Source: Candidatus Altiarchaeota archaeon (GTDB lineage Archaea > Altiarchaeota > Altiarchaeia > IMC4 > SCGC-AAA252-I15). Taken from it: a stretch of 59,814 nucleotides of DNA. Under the pieces are notes generated by a model that was not told where the DNA came from, did no database searches, and worked only from the letters and a program-made list of their open reading frames with translations. Shown piece after piece: positions 1-8,308 of this stretch; position 1 is the stretch's first letter; every line of letters starts with the position of its first letter. The position numbers and the translations under genes are program-made. Location: positions 1 to 59,814 of the forward strand of contig JAZDIN010000003.1 of the NCBI GenBank assembly GCA_043804895.1, written 5' to 3'.

Positions 1-37
1 TGGGAGAGTTCGAGTCCAGGGAAAGAAGATATGGTAG

Positions 38-2932
38 GTGAGTATGGCTTCTAAAAAGAGGAGAATACAGTCAGAGGAGGCTTCAATCGACATACCCCTC
101 GGGTGGCTGGGCGACCTCATCAACGAACCCCTATTCCTATCCTCATTCTTCTGCCTGGCAATCGCTGTGGCAAAGACCCTTGCTAGGGGCACTCAAGTAA
201 GCTTCCTATATGATGTCGCGCCATTCGCCCTCTTCGCCCTTTTCATTTGGTCATCATACACGTTATACACTCGACCTAATCTGAGGAAAAACATTTGGAC
301 CTACGGGATGCCTGCCCTCATCCTCCTCACCGCCCTGTTCTCATACTACTCCAACAACTACGGCTTCCCCATGAACGAGGACTACAGCTACTTCAGCATA
401 ATGGCTGCCATATTCTGCATGTTCTACGCGCTCTCGTACTACAAGATCATCGACGCTGAGTCCTCAATGCTTCTGGCATTGTTCGCCTCAGCGCTTCTCA
501 TACACCTCGTCCCAGCCAACGCCGACATACTCTCCAACCTAGACTCCTACTGGCATTACAAGTGGATGCAGGTCTTCTACAACGACGGAATCCAGCCTGA
601 ATTCGACCCGCTCACATACCCCATGTACGGAGGCCTCGCACACCTCAACAACCCCTCTTACGCAAGCTCCCTAAATGTCCCCACGTTCGGGCTGGATCAG
701 AAGAACACTCCCATGCTGATGCAAATGACCTACGCCTCACTAGCCCTAACCTTGAAGCCGCTAGGCATCAGCCTCTATGACGTTGCGATGCTCTTCCCAG
801 GCATTCTCGGGGCGTTCAGCGTGGTCTTGATGTACCTCCTGGTGAAGGAGATGTTCTCTGACATGCGGCCTCACAACAACATAGCGGCGTTCGCCGCAGC
901 GTTCATGTTCATGCTCAGCCCAGCCTTGGCGATGAACTCCACAGCCACAAACTGCGAGGACGACTCGTTCGGGATGTTCCTTATGGTCGGCGTCCTGTTC
1001 CTCTTCTTCGCCTCATACCACCGCAAGAGCTTCAAGTACTCCGTCTACTGCGGCGTCGCATTGCTGATGCTCAGGCTCGGCTGGGGCGGAGGCCAGTACG
1101 CGGTGATGACGTTAGGCATATTCGGAACCTTGTACGCCATAGTACGGTTCCTGCGCAACACGAACGCTATGGAACACCTGCCTTACATAATAATCCCCTT
1201 CATGTTCTACCAGCTTTCAGCGTTCATAGTCCACGAGACAGGCGGCATGCCAATATACGTTCCGATGGCCCCGCTCGAACTCTACCCACTAATGTCCACT
1301 GTCGGCCTGTCCCTCACCCTCGAATTCCTGAGGGTGCGGTCGAAGGGCATGCAGTTCGTCAACGACGGCACAGTGGAGGGTCAGGTAGTGGACCTGATAG
1401 AGCGCAACATCATGGTGTTAGGTGCTATCGCCATACTCCTCGGGGCAGCGAGCCTGGTATTCTACAAGACCCCCTCACAGTGGATTGACTTCACTGTACG
1501 AACCGTGCTATCCCCTGAGGTAAAGAGCATAGTCCACCAGACGGTCGCTGAACAGAATCCCATGGCCACATCAGTCGACGAATTCATCTCAGAAGGCTAC
1601 AACCGCTACGGCATCGCACTACTATTCGGGCTCTTGATGATCCCAGTGATGCTGTACCTCATATACAGGCATGGGAGCGTCGGAGCCCTGTTCCTTCTCA
1701 CATGGAGCATCCCAATGATGTGGGGGGCCTACAACAAGAGCGCATGGATATTCGCCTCAAGCGCCTCAGTGACTGCATTGGGGGCGACGATAGGCCTGTT
1801 CTCCGCAGCCAGGAAGTCGGAGTTGGATGGATTCAGGGTCGTCGGGACCATACTGGTGCTCTGCATACCCCTCCTATACGTTCCCATGATCGGCTCGGCG
1901 ATGTACCAGAAGTTCGTAGGCTACGTGGTGATGCACATGGGCCCCACAAGCGACATATACTACTGGACTCCAGCCTTGGAATGGCACAGGGACCACACAA
2001 AACAAGGAGACGCCATCATAACCTGGTGGGACTATGGCCACTGGCTCACCGCAGTATCCCACCGTCCCGTACTCATCGACAACCTCCAGGCTGACTACCT
2101 TGAGATACAGGACGTCGCCCGCTTCTTTGTGAACAAGACATCCGAAGAGGATGCGTTCAAGACCGTGGAAGCCTACAACCAGGCATACAAGAAATACAAC
2201 CCCGAATGGGGCCTCAACTACGCCATGGTAGACTGGACGATGATAGGCAAGGGAAGCGCCCTACACTACATCGCCACAGGCGACATAGCGAACGTCACAC
2301 CAGGCTCATGGAAGAACTACGTGCAATGCGGGTTCCTCCCAGACCAAAGCCAGCTTGAGGAGAAGCTCACAGTCGAAAAGGACGGAAGCTTCTCCAAGAA
2401 CATGAGAATCGCATTCGGATGCCAGAACCAGTTATTCATCCTATTCGACATCTCAGGCGGGCAGCTTAAGGCAGCTAACGTCGTAACAGGATACGGTAAC
2501 ATCATCCCCTGGAGCACATGGTCCGCAGCCAATGACGCCTCCCTCCTCGGAGTCCAACCGCTAATCAGCTCACCAGACGATAAGGTTCCTGGGATACTAC
2601 AGTGCGCGATAAACTGGCGGAAGCTGCCGGCAGGCAGCATATGCAGGCTACCCCAGTTCACGACCCTAGTGTACGTGCCACAGGAGTTCAACGACTTCAT
2701 GTTGACTCGACTGTACCTCGGCAAATACCTGCAGGAGTACAAGGACCGCGGATTCTACAACAGGGAGGTAGTCCCGCTGAAACACTTCCGCGAGGTCCCG
2801 GACATCAACGGCGACGGAGTAGAAGACGGCGAATTCAGCTGGGGATTCGTCAGAACATACGAGATAAACTACGAAGGATTCCCAACAACGGACGCAGTAC
2901 TCACGGAACAGCCGGAAAACACTACAACCTAA
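38..2932 (+). CDS. aglB: Archaeal oligosaccharyltransferase AglB (STT3 family)
   Basis: 964-aa ORF. The N-terminal two thirds is a multi-pass membrane domain, followed by the STT3/AglB signature WWDYGHW (ITWWDYGHWLT) and a soluble C-terminal domain. GTG at 38, first ATG at 44. Confidence 0.9.
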   Translation: MSMASKKRRIQSEEASIDIPLGWLGDLINEPLFLSSFFCLAIAVAKTLARGTQVSFLYDVAPFALFALFIWSSYTLYTRPNLRKNIWTYGMPALILLTALFSYYSNNYGFPMNEDYSYFSIMAAIFCMFYALSYYKIIDAESSMLLALFASALLIHLVPANADILSNLDSYWHYKWMQVFYNDGIQPEFDPLTYPMYGGLAHLNNPSYASSLNVPTFGLDQKNTPMLMQMTYASLALTLKPLGISLYDVAMLFPGILGAFSVVLMYLLVKEMFSDMRPHNNIAAFAAAFMFMLSPALAMNSTATNCEDDSFGMFLMVGVLFLFFASYHRKSFKYSVYCGVALLMLRLGWGGGQYAVMTLGIFGTLYAIVRFLRNTNAMEHLPYIIIPFMFYQLSAFIVHETGGMPIYVPMAPLELYPLMSTVGLSLTLEFLRVRSKGMQFVNDGTVEGQVVDLIERNIMVLGAIAILLGAASLVFYKTPSQWIDFTVRTVLSPEVKSIVHQTVAEQNPMATSVDEFISEGYNRYGIALLFGLLMIPVMLYLIYRHGSVGALFLLTWSIPMMWGAYNKSAWIFASSASVTALGATIGLFSAARKSELDGFRVVGTILVLCIPLLYVPMIGSAMYQKFVGYVVMHMGPTSDIYYWTPALEWHRDHTKQGDAIITWWDYGHWLTAVSHRPVLIDNLQADYLEIQDVARFFVNKTSEEDAFKTVEAYNQAYKKYNPEWGLNYAMVDWTMIGKGSALHYIATGDIANVTPGSWKNYVQCGFLPDQSQLEEKLTVEKDGSFSKNMRIAFGCQNQLFILFDISGGQLKAANVVTGYGNIIPWSTWSAANDASLLGVQPLISSPDDKVPGILQCAINWRKLPAGSICRLPQFTTLVYVPQEFNDFMLTRLYLGKYLQEYKDRGFYNREVVPLKHFREVPDINGDGVEDGEFSWGFVRTYEINYEGFPTTDAVLTEQPENTTT

Positions 2933-3243
2933 GGGATTCCCGGGCAGATAGTGTCCCCAGATATCGCCATGACCAGAGCCCTCGAAGCCGCGACTATTAT
3001 CAACCCGATGAGTGAGTTTATCGCTATACTCTTACCCTGCTTCCGCCCCCCAGGGTCGTCTGCGCTGAACGCGTACTTCGCCCCCCCATAGACGAACATC
3101 AAAGTAGCTAAAGCAGTCGCCAGCTCCAAGAGGTCTGGGACTAGGCTGCATATCACTGACGCGATTATCGGGCCGGGTGAGGCTGATGCTGATTGCGTCA
3201 GCCACGCTAGACTCACTCCTGCGGTGATGCGTTTCCTTCTCAT
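2929..3243 (-). CDS. Small secreted two-helix membrane protein, VirB2/TrbC-like mini-pilin paralog 5
   Basis: 104 aa. Signal-like N-terminus, Cys (SVICSL), hydrophobic helix, loop motif YGGAKYAFSADDPGGRKQGK, second helix, C-terminal Cys (DTICPGIP). Its stop codon overlaps the aglB stop (2929-2932). Its start overlaps the upstream paralog by 4 nt. Confidence 0.65.
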   Translation of the reverse strand: MRRKRITAGVSLAWLTQSASASPGPIIASVICSLVPDLLELATALATLMFVYGGAKYAFSADDPGGRKQGKSIAINSLIGLIIVAASRALVMAISGDTICPGIP

Positions 3244-3563
3244 GTTGCACCTACCCCAACCATGTCAATCACATCCCCAGCGACCCGTATTATAATCAAC
3301 GCCATGATAGCGGCGATGCACATCCCCACAGCCTGTTTCCTCGCCGCGGGGTCGTCTGCGGTGTACACGTATTTGGCTGCTCCGTAGACGAACATGATGA
3401 CTGCGATGGAGTTGCCCATGATAGTGAACGAAGTCGTCAGCGAATTAACGAAGGCTATCATCTTAACCAAGTAGGTGGCTGCTGAGGTGGCGGATGAGAT
3501 AAAGTAAATCACCGCCACTGCACTCAACGTCGCCCGTCCCATTAAGAGTTTCCCCTGTTCCAT
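3240..3563 (-). CDS. VirB2/TrbC-like mini-pilin paralog 4 (Cys-less variant)
   Basis: 107 aa. Same helix-loop-helix layout with YGAAKYVYTADDPAARKQA. It is the only paralog lacking the N-proximal and C-terminal Cys pair. Confidence 0.6.
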   Translation of the reverse strand: MEQGKLLMGRATLSAVAVIYFISSATSAATYLVKMIAFVNSLTTSFTIMGNSIAVIMFVYGAAKYVYTADDPAARKQAVGMCIAAIMALIIIRVAGDVIDMVGVGAT

Positions 3564-3564
3564 G

Positions 3565-3900
3565 TCAAGTCGACAAACCCGTTATCATAGGGCACAATTC
3601 CACGTCACCGACTGCGGATATTATCGCAGCCAGGAGGCCCATTATTATCCCCCCGATTATGGCGTGTATGAATATGTCCCGGCCTTGTTTCATCCCAGCC
3701 GGGTCCTCTGAGCTGTAAATGTATTTGGCTGCCCCGTATACTAACATTATCACAATCAACGACGGGCCGATAGCCCTAAGCGCATCCCAGAGGCCTCCGA
3801 TGATGCTGCAAGGGACGGCTTCTATTGGACTTCCCGCGAAGGCTGACGCGGCCAATAAGGCTAACAAAATCCCGGAATAAAACGCAGCTTTTGCTTTCAT
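3565..3900 (-). CDS. VirB2/TrbC-like mini-pilin paralog 3
   Basis: 111 aa. Signal peptide (LLAASAFAGSP), AVPCSII, YGAAKYIYSSEDPAGMKQGR, second helix, ELCPM near the C-terminus. 1-nt gap to the next gene. Confidence 0.65.
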   Translation of the reverse strand: MKAKAAFYSGILLALLAASAFAGSPIEAVPCSIIGGLWDALRAIGPSLIVIMLVYGAAKYIYSSEDPAGMKQGRDIFIHAIIGGIIMGLLAAIISAVGDVELCPMITGLST

Positions 3901-4262
3901 GATGCTGGTGGTCCTCCGCCTGAGGCGCCTTCCACGACCCCCTCACAGAGGTCCCACCAACCCTGCTTCACCACATTATACATCCCCCACACGAGGATGA
4001 AGATAATCCCACCCATAACGGCCGCAATACAGATGCTCTTAGCAGTCTTACGGCCGCCGGGATCCTCAGCAGACCAAATATATTTGACTGCCCCATAAGT
4101 GAACATCAACACCATGAGTGTGGGGGCAACGACATTCAAGGCTCCGTAAACCTGGTTTATGATAGAGCATGGGACATCCTTGAAGGGCGAAGTAGCCGCA
4201 ACCAACACTGGCCAAAACAGCACAGCAACTAAGACCAACCATGGTATCTTCAATTTTGCCAT
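3897..4262 (-). CDS. VirB2/TrbC-like mini-pilin paralog 2
   Basis: 121 aa. Signal peptide, DVPCSII, YGAVKYIWSAEDPGGRKTAK, second helix, WDLCEG, Gly/Pro-rich tail. 4-nt overlap with the downstream paralog. Confidence 0.65.
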   Translation of the reverse strand: MAKLKIPWLVLVAVLFWPVLVAATSPFKDVPCSIINQVYGALNVVAPTLMVLMFTYGAVKYIWSAEDPGGRKTAKSICIAAVMGGIIFILVWGMYNVVKQGWWDLCEGVVEGASGGGPPAS

Positions 4263-4268
4263 TAAGTC

Positions 4269-4577
4269 CTATGGACACGTAGTCACAGTTACTAAGGATG
4301 TGATAGTCGTAGCAACTATTAGTATAACCCCGCCTATTACTGCGTGTATGCACGTGTCTTTTCCTGCTTTCCTCCCCCCTGGATCGTCTGAAGCGAAAAC
4401 ATACTTAACTCCACCATAAGTGAACATTATGACCATCAATGTACCTCCTATCGTTCCCAATGCACTCATAATAGGTTTCATTACATCACACACTGTCGTC
4501 TCTATGTCTGTTGCCGTCGCATACGACGCTAGTAACAGAACGTTTAACGCCGCTAGAATCCAAGTTTTTTTGTCCAT
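4269..4577 (-). CDS. VirB2/TrbC-like mini-pilin paralog 1 (first gene of the array)
   Basis: The ORF is open to 4607, but the ATG at 4577 (MDKKTWILAAL...) has GGAGGT 9 nt upstream. TTVCDV, YGGVKYVFASDDPGGRKAGK, and it ends ...VTTCP. Confidence 0.65.
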   Translation of the reverse strand: MDKKTWILAALNVLLLASYATATDIETTVCDVMKPIMSALGTIGGTLMVIMFTYGGVKYVFASDDPGGRKAGKDTCIHAVIGGVILIVATTITSLVTVTTCP

Positions 4578-4722
4578 ACTCAATTTACCTCCGGGAAAAA
4601 TATACACCGATAATTAATTCGCAACAGACGGTTAAAAACACGCGAAAACCGCCTACCGGCATCTGGGGGATGCTGACGACATCCGGAAAATCCGCCCGCC
4701 GAACACCTGACAGGTGAACACA

Positions 4723-6018
4723 TTAAATCTCCAACTCCAACAGCCACTCATGAGCCGACTTAACAGTTATCCTCTTACCCCCCTCTTTTATCCTCATACT
4801 CTCATTGGCGGTGACTATGAGACCCTCCCTCAGCTTGTGCTCGTCCATGGCCTCAAGCAGTCCCCTAACCTCCCGCTTCCGTGTTTCCTCGTCTTTGAGG
4901 GTGAGTGAGACTTGGATGGCATGGGTTATCTTGAGCCTTTCCTTTATGAGGAAGTCGCACTCGTACCTGCTTTTGTGGTAGAATATGTCCTCATAACGTC
5001 TTTTGAGGGCCAGGTAGACTAGGTTCTCCAGGAGACGCCCCCTATCCTCTAAGAAGCGGAAGGACACTGAGCTCGCCAACCCCGTGTCTATGCAGTACGT
5101 CTTCTTCTGGTTGGCTAACTGTTTCCTGACTGACTTGTCGTATTTGTTTATCGTGTGTATAAGGTAGGAGTTTTCCGCGTAGGCTATGTATTCGCCCACC
5201 GTCTGCGCTGCTATGCCCAGCGTCTTAGCCATGTTCGCAAAGGAGAACGGTTTACCCACATTCGACAGGATAAAGTACAGTAGGTCGAAGACCTCCCGGT
5301 TATTCCTTATCTTGTGCGGGTAGACTATGTCCTTCAGGTATATCGTCTGGAAGTAGTTTTTCAGTATCTCATGCTTCAATCCCTTCCCCTTCTCCAAGAC
5401 CACCCTCGGAAATCCCCCATATTTGAGGTACTCCTCGAAGAGGATGTTCTTCTCCGCCAAGGTTGGTTTTTTTATCTCCTTGAACTCTAAGAACTCCTTG
5501 AAGGATAACGGGAATATCACGGTGTGGAAGTATCTGCCTGAAAGCCTTGTGCTTCCCTCCCCCTGCAGCAAAGTGGAGGTCGACCCTGTCAGGACTAGTT
5601 TGACCTTCTTTTGGGTGTCGTATACGGTTTTGACCGTCTGAACCCAGTAGTCGTTGTTCTGCACCTCGTCTATGAACACGTAAAGCCGTTTGCAGTCGCC
5701 TGCTTTTGTCAGATAATGCTCTATCAGCCCTCCAAGAAAGGACGGGTCCTTCGAGCGGCTCTGAAGCAAGGGGTCGTCAAGGTTGGCAAAGACTATGGCT
5801 TCCGGGGGTGTTTTCCCGTCCAAAAGGGTCTTTATGAGTTGGCTCAGCAATGTGGACTTGCCAGTCCTTCTCGCACCCAAAAGAAGCAGGACCTCGGGTG
5901 TCCCCATGAACTTCTCCAGTTGGGGGTAGCTCTCTAGCCTGTTTATGCCGCACTCGAATTCCTTGCCAAACCACCAGGGGTTTTGCTTCTCCAATGCCTC
6001 CTTCAGGTTGTCTTCCAT
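4723..6018 (-). CDS. AAA+ ATPase, DUF4143-type (COG1373-like)
   Basis: 431 aa. Walker A GARRTGKST, Walker B LYVFIDEVQ. The C-terminal part resembles the DUF4143 nuclease-like module (YECDFLI). Confidence 0.8.
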   Translation of the reverse strand: MEDNLKEALEKQNPWWFGKEFECGINRLESYPQLEKFMGTPEVLLLLGARRTGKSTLLSQLIKTLLDGKTPPEAIVFANLDDPLLQSRSKDPSFLGGLIEHYLTKAGDCKRLYVFIDEVQNNDYWVQTVKTVYDTQKKVKLVLTGSTSTLLQGEGSTRLSGRYFHTVIFPLSFKEFLEFKEIKKPTLAEKNILFEEYLKYGGFPRVVLEKGKGLKHEILKNYFQTIYLKDIVYPHKIRNNREVFDLLYFILSNVGKPFSFANMAKTLGIAAQTVGEYIAYAENSYLIHTINKYDKSVRKQLANQKKTYCIDTGLASSVSFRFLEDRGRLLENLVYLALKRRYEDIFYHKSRYECDFLIKERLKITHAIQVSLTLKDEETRKREVRGLLEAMDEHKLREGLIVTANESMRIKEGGKRITVKSAHEWLLELEI

Positions 6019-6124
6019 GGTAGATAATACGAAAGACTAGTATAAAAATCATGAAATATAATCTACGATTTATGATGAAATCATAAGATATGTTCTACGA
6101 TTATTATGTGCTGTGGAGACGAGG

Positions 6125-6143
6125 ATATTCAATAATTGAATAT
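6125..6143. promoter_or_regulatory. Perfect 19-bp palindrome ATATTCAAT-A-ATTGAATAT (operator-like)
   Basis: Read directly. It lies 16 nt upstream of the ATG of the kinase gene fragment, in the AT-rich intergenic region that also holds TTATGAT-GAA-ATCATAA (6070-6086) and the direct repeats TCTACGATT (6062, 6094). Confidence 0.3.
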
Positions 6144-6158
6144 TCAGTAGGTGAATAC

Positions 6159-6239
6159 ATGACGCCACCAAAAATCCTTTCAGTCACCGGGGTCCCCTGC
6201 AGCGGGAAGGCCCTTAAAATGGTGTTTTCGTCTATGTAA
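6159..6239 (+). pseudogene. Truncated 5-prime copy of the AK6/Fap7-type kinase gene (26 codons, P-loop only)
   Basis: Translates MTPPKILSVTGVPCSGKALKMVFSSM*. Nt 6177-6209 match 7306-7338 (start of the intact kinase gene) at 29 of 33 positions, encoding LSVTGVPCSGK in both. Confidence 0.45.
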
Positions 6240-6285
6240 ATTTTAAAAACATTTGTTTTTATTTAAAAACACTCATTATTATATC

Positions 6286-6858
6286 ATGCGGGGAAAAAAC
6301 GTGAGTATCTGGGATGTAGGCCCCATGAAGCTGCTAACATTCTTCATGGACAACCCCTACGGCGAAGTCTACTTGAGGGAGGCTGCAAAGAAGATTCACC
6401 TAAGCCCTTTTGCGGTGAAAAAATACGCTGACATCCTTCTGAAGGAGAGCCTCATAGTCGAGGAGAGGAGGGCTAATCTCAGAAATTTTAAAGCAAACAT
6501 GGGCAGCCTATTCTTTAGGCATCTGAAGGTAGCCCGTAACTTGGACCTTATCACAAAGTCTAACCTTTTGGGTTATCTGGTCAAACATACCCCAAACGTT
6601 TCCTCAATAGTCTTGTTCGGCTCAATGGCGCGCGGAGAAGACGATGGAAGAAGCGACCTAGACCTAGTGGTTATAGGAGCTAAAAAACAAATAAACCTAT
6701 CAGAGTACGAGGAAAAAGTGGGCCGGGAAATAAACGTGCACGTGTTCAGCTGGGCTGACTGGCAGAAGAAGGCTGCCGAAGACGCCCCCTTCTACAACGA
6801 GGTCATAGCTTCTGGCATCCCTCTCCAGGGGGAGATTCCGCAGGTACGATGGAAATAA
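6286..6858 (+). CDS. Minimal nucleotidyltransferase (MNT) with N-terminal winged-helix domain; HEPN/MNT pair
   Basis: Motif LFGSMARGEDDGRSDLDLVV (GS-x9-D-x-D). The ORF is open from TTG 6253. The ATG at 6286 is about 20-28 nt downstream of a TTTTATTTAAAAA TATA-like run. Confidence 0.8.
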   Translation: MRGKNVSIWDVGPMKLLTFFMDNPYGEVYLREAAKKIHLSPFAVKKYADILLKESLIVEERRANLRNFKANMGSLFFRHLKVARNLDLITKSNLLGYLVKHTPNVSSIVLFGSMARGEDDGRSDLDLVVIGAKKQINLSEYEEKVGREINVHVFSWADWQKKAAEDAPFYNEVIASGIPLQGEIPQVRWK

Positions 6859-7280
6859 GGACAATAGAGGACTGCATGGGGGAGAGGCTCCTAAGGAAAA
6901 TACTTCCAGACAAGGAGAAAAGCCAAAAATCAGTGGAGATAGCAAAGAAAAGATTAGCCGAGACGGAAAAAGCCATAAAACTCGAAATATACCCCTACGC
7001 GATACTGGAAGCTTACAACGCCATGTTCCACGCTGCAAGAGCTATCCTCTACCGCGACGGTATACAGGAAAAAAGCCACTACGCCGTCTACATATACCTC
7101 AAAGAAAAATACGCGGACAGAATACCGTCAACCACCCTCAACCTGCTCAACATACACCGGACTGAGAGACACGAGACACTCTATGGACTAGAATACGAGC
7201 CACACCGGACGGAAGCGCAAACCGCGCTAGAGGACGCGAAAACATTCCTACACCAAATAGAAAAAATATTAAAAGAATAG
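6849..7280 (+). CDS. HEPN domain protein (partner of the MNT)
   Basis: 143 aa, all-helical, HRTERHETLYG resembling the HEPN R-x-n-H...Y motif. Overlaps the MNT gene by 10 nt. Confidence 0.7.
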   Translation: MEIRTIEDCMGERLLRKILPDKEKSQKSVEIAKKRLAETEKAIKLEIYPYAILEAYNAMFHAARAILYRDGIQEKSHYAVYIYLKEKYADRIPSTTLNLLNIHRTERHETLYGLEYEPHRTEAQTALEDAKTFLHQIEKILKE

Positions 7281-7290
7281 CGGGTTTTCT

Positions 7291-7830
7291 ATGGTTTCCA
7301 AGGTTCTCTCAGTCACTGGAGTCCCGTGCAGCGGGAAGACGACTTTATGCTCTACTTTAGGCGTTGAACTTCAGATTCCAGTCTTGGATTTGACCCGGCT
7401 GGTTGATGAGGAGAAGCTTTACAGCGGCATTGACGAGGCCAGGGATACGAAGGTCGTGGACGTTGAAAAGCTGAGGAAGGAAGTCAAGAAGCTGATTAAG
7501 GATGACACGATACTTGATGGCCTCCTAAGCCACCACATGGATGTCACTCATATTCTGGTGTTACGTTGTGACCCTAAGGTTTTAGCCGAGAGGATGGCTG
7601 CTAGGGGGTATGGCAGAAAAAAGATCATGGAGAATCTGGAGGCTGAGTACGGGGGGGTTATACTCTACGAGAGTCTCAAAAAGTGCGGGAATGTGCTGGA
7701 GGTTGACAACATCAACGGCGCGGACTTGGAGGAGATAAAAAAATGGTTCAGGGAAGGGGGTAGGAAGGTAGTCGAGAAAGACTGGACCAATGAATTCGAG
7801 AGCGTGCTTAGAGGCCGTTCTCCCATTTGA
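7291..7830 (+). CDS. Putative adenylate/nucleotide kinase, AK6/Fap7 family
   Basis: 179 aa. P-loop VTGVPCSGKTT at the N-terminus. Size and layout match archaeal COG1936 kinases. Confidence 0.6.
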   Translation: MVSKVLSVTGVPCSGKTTLCSTLGVELQIPVLDLTRLVDEEKLYSGIDEARDTKVVDVEKLRKEVKKLIKDDTILDGLLSHHMDVTHILVLRCDPKVLAERMAARGYGRKKIMENLEAEYGGVILYESLKKCGNVLEVDNINGADLEEIKKWFREGGRKVVEKDWTNEFESVLRGRSPI

Positions 7831-8122
7831 TTGCCCATTTGCCGATGTCTTTGAATGCTTTCACCAGCTCCTGGCCTTTGTTGGTGAGGTTGTATTCGAC
7901 TCTCGGGGGTATTTCGTTGAATCTCCTCCTGTCTACGAGGCCCCTCTCCTCCAGTTCCCTCAGGCGTTTTGATAGTATCTTGGGGCTGATGTGGCCCATG
8001 TTTTCTAGGAGTTCGTTGAATCGTTGGGTGCCGTGGAAGTGCAGCTCTGCGAGTATGATGAGAATCCACTTCTTCGAGGCCAGGAATTCCATGATGTCCA
8101 CGGACTTCGTCTTTTTGGCCAT
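7808..8122 (-). CDS. HxlR-family winged-helix transcriptional regulator
   Basis: 104 aa. WILIILAELHFHGTQRFNELLENMGHISPKILSKRLRELEERGLV...PPRVEYNLT is typical HxlR. Its 3-prime end overlaps the kinase gene by 23 nt (convergent). Confidence 0.85.
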   Translation of the reverse strand: MAKKTKSVDIMEFLASKKWILIILAELHFHGTQRFNELLENMGHISPKILSKRLRELEERGLVDRRRFNEIPPRVEYNLTNKGQELVKAFKDIGKWAIKWENGL

Positions 8123-8232
8123 CCTACAGTTTCCCTTAGGAAACCTGAGTACTTAAATGCGTGAAAGAGGCTTAAATAACCAGGACTATCTTTAGGCTAC
8201 TGGCGGGGACGAGAATATTAGACCACCTAGAT

Positions 8233-8261
8233 GGAGGGGGATTCAGGCCCACACCCCCTCC
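8233..8261. other. Hairpin GGAGGGGG-N13-CCCCCTCC in a divergent promoter region
   Basis: 8-bp perfect stem read directly, between the hxlR start (8122) and the GT2 start (8309). Confidence 0.3.
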
Positions 8262-8308
8262 AAACCCCGTCTCGCTGGATTTAAACTGCTTTTCACAATC
8301 CATACCTC

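Noticed and set aside
1-30. tRNA-like T-loop string GAGTTCGAGTCC at the very start of the window
   Set aside because: The flanking 5-mers (GAGAG / CCAGG) are not complementary, so no T-stem forms. There is no acceptor or CCA context. It is most likely chance or part of an upstream gene.
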